From Candidatus Jordarchaeia archaeon (GTDB lineage Archaea > Asgardarchaeota > Jordiarchaeia > Jordiarchaeales > Jordiarchaeaceae): 59,898 bases of DNA. Below the pieces are notes generated by a model. The model did no database searches, had not been told where the DNA came from, and saw only the letters and a program-made list of their open reading frames with translations. The stretch's first letter is position 1; every line of letters starts with the position of its first letter. This document shows positions 59,538 to 59,898 of this stretch, in pieces. Location of the stretch: the NCBI GenBank assembly GCA_029856435.1, contig JAHQXB010000155.1, forward strand, positions 1 through 59,898, in the 5' to 3' direction. Both the position numbers and the translations under genes were made by a program.

Positions 59538-59898
59538 TTAAAGCTTGAACACCTTTATTGCATTATCTCTTAGGAGTTTTTTCTTTACCTCGTAGCTCAA
59601 ACCTAGTTCGTCAATCTCTTTAAGGCATCTCTTGAACTCTAGGAGGGGATAATCGGTTCCCCAGAGAACTTTATCTTGACCCCATGTTGCCACGAATTGT
59701 TTGAATGATGCAGGCCAGAATTTGGGTGCACGAGCAGAGGTGTCTATATAAACATTTGGAAATTTCCAAGCTAAAATCATCATTTCCTCATGCCAGGGCT
59801 GACCAAGATGCCCACCTATTATTCTCAGTTCTGGGAAGAACAGGGCAACCTCATCCAAGTAGATTGGCCTGGCGCATTCTGATGGCAAAAGTGGACCC
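59538..59898 (-). CDS. Amidohydrolase-2 family protein (5' part lies outside the window)
   Basis: GGHLGQPW, NVYIDTSA, LWGTDYP. Confidence 0.88.
   Translation of the reverse strand, partial: GPLLPSECARPIYLDEVALFFPELRIIGGHLGQPWHEEMMILAWKFPNVYIDTSARAPKFWPASFKQFVATWGQDKVLWGTDYPLLEFKRCLKEIDELGLSYEVKKKLLRDNAIKVFKL

Noticed and set aside
1-59898. CRISPR arrays, rRNA, tRNA and intact transposases
   Set aside because: No regularly spaced repeats, RNA-gene signatures or transposase motifs were seen.

Overview
Archaeal chromosomal window, roughly 41% GC, with many TTG/GTG starts. It is most likely from an Asgard archaeon; this is inferred from four roadblock/LC7 genes, one of them DYNLRB-like, around an MglA/Arf-like GTPase. 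Housekeeping genes include pyrG, glyA, cysS, uppS, smc-scpA-scpB, rps8e, srp19, gar1, trm1, rnhB, fibrillarin-nop5 and pyrD-pyrK. Accessory genes include two GlcD/GlcF-type FAD/Fe-S oxidoreductase modules, Ni-maturation genes, and a 10-gene acyl-CoA degradation operon with Ltp3/Ltp4-like thiolase-fold proteins and a DUF35 pair. The top finding is that the roadblock (MglB-like) gene directly upstream of the GTPase (minus strand, 19415-19910) is interrupted by a 31-nt insert at 19743-19773. The insert folds into a near-canonical bulge-helix-bulge (BHB) motif. Cutting after the 2nd nucleotide of each bulge, as archaeal tRNA splicing endonuclease does, removes exactly 31 nt and restores a 154-aa ORF reading ...YYPVD-I-DGIGAIAS.... 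This looks like an mRNA intron in a GTPase-regulator gene. Other notable items are an unannotated PRC-barrel gene with no canonical start codon that lies in frame behind an amber stop, a chaperonin paralog with degenerate ATPase motifs, an unannotated 50-aa zinc-finger ORF, and a 24-bp perfect palindrome at a GbsR/MarR promoter. No tRNA, rRNA or CRISPR array was seen. All assignments come from visual motif recognition; no database searches were run.
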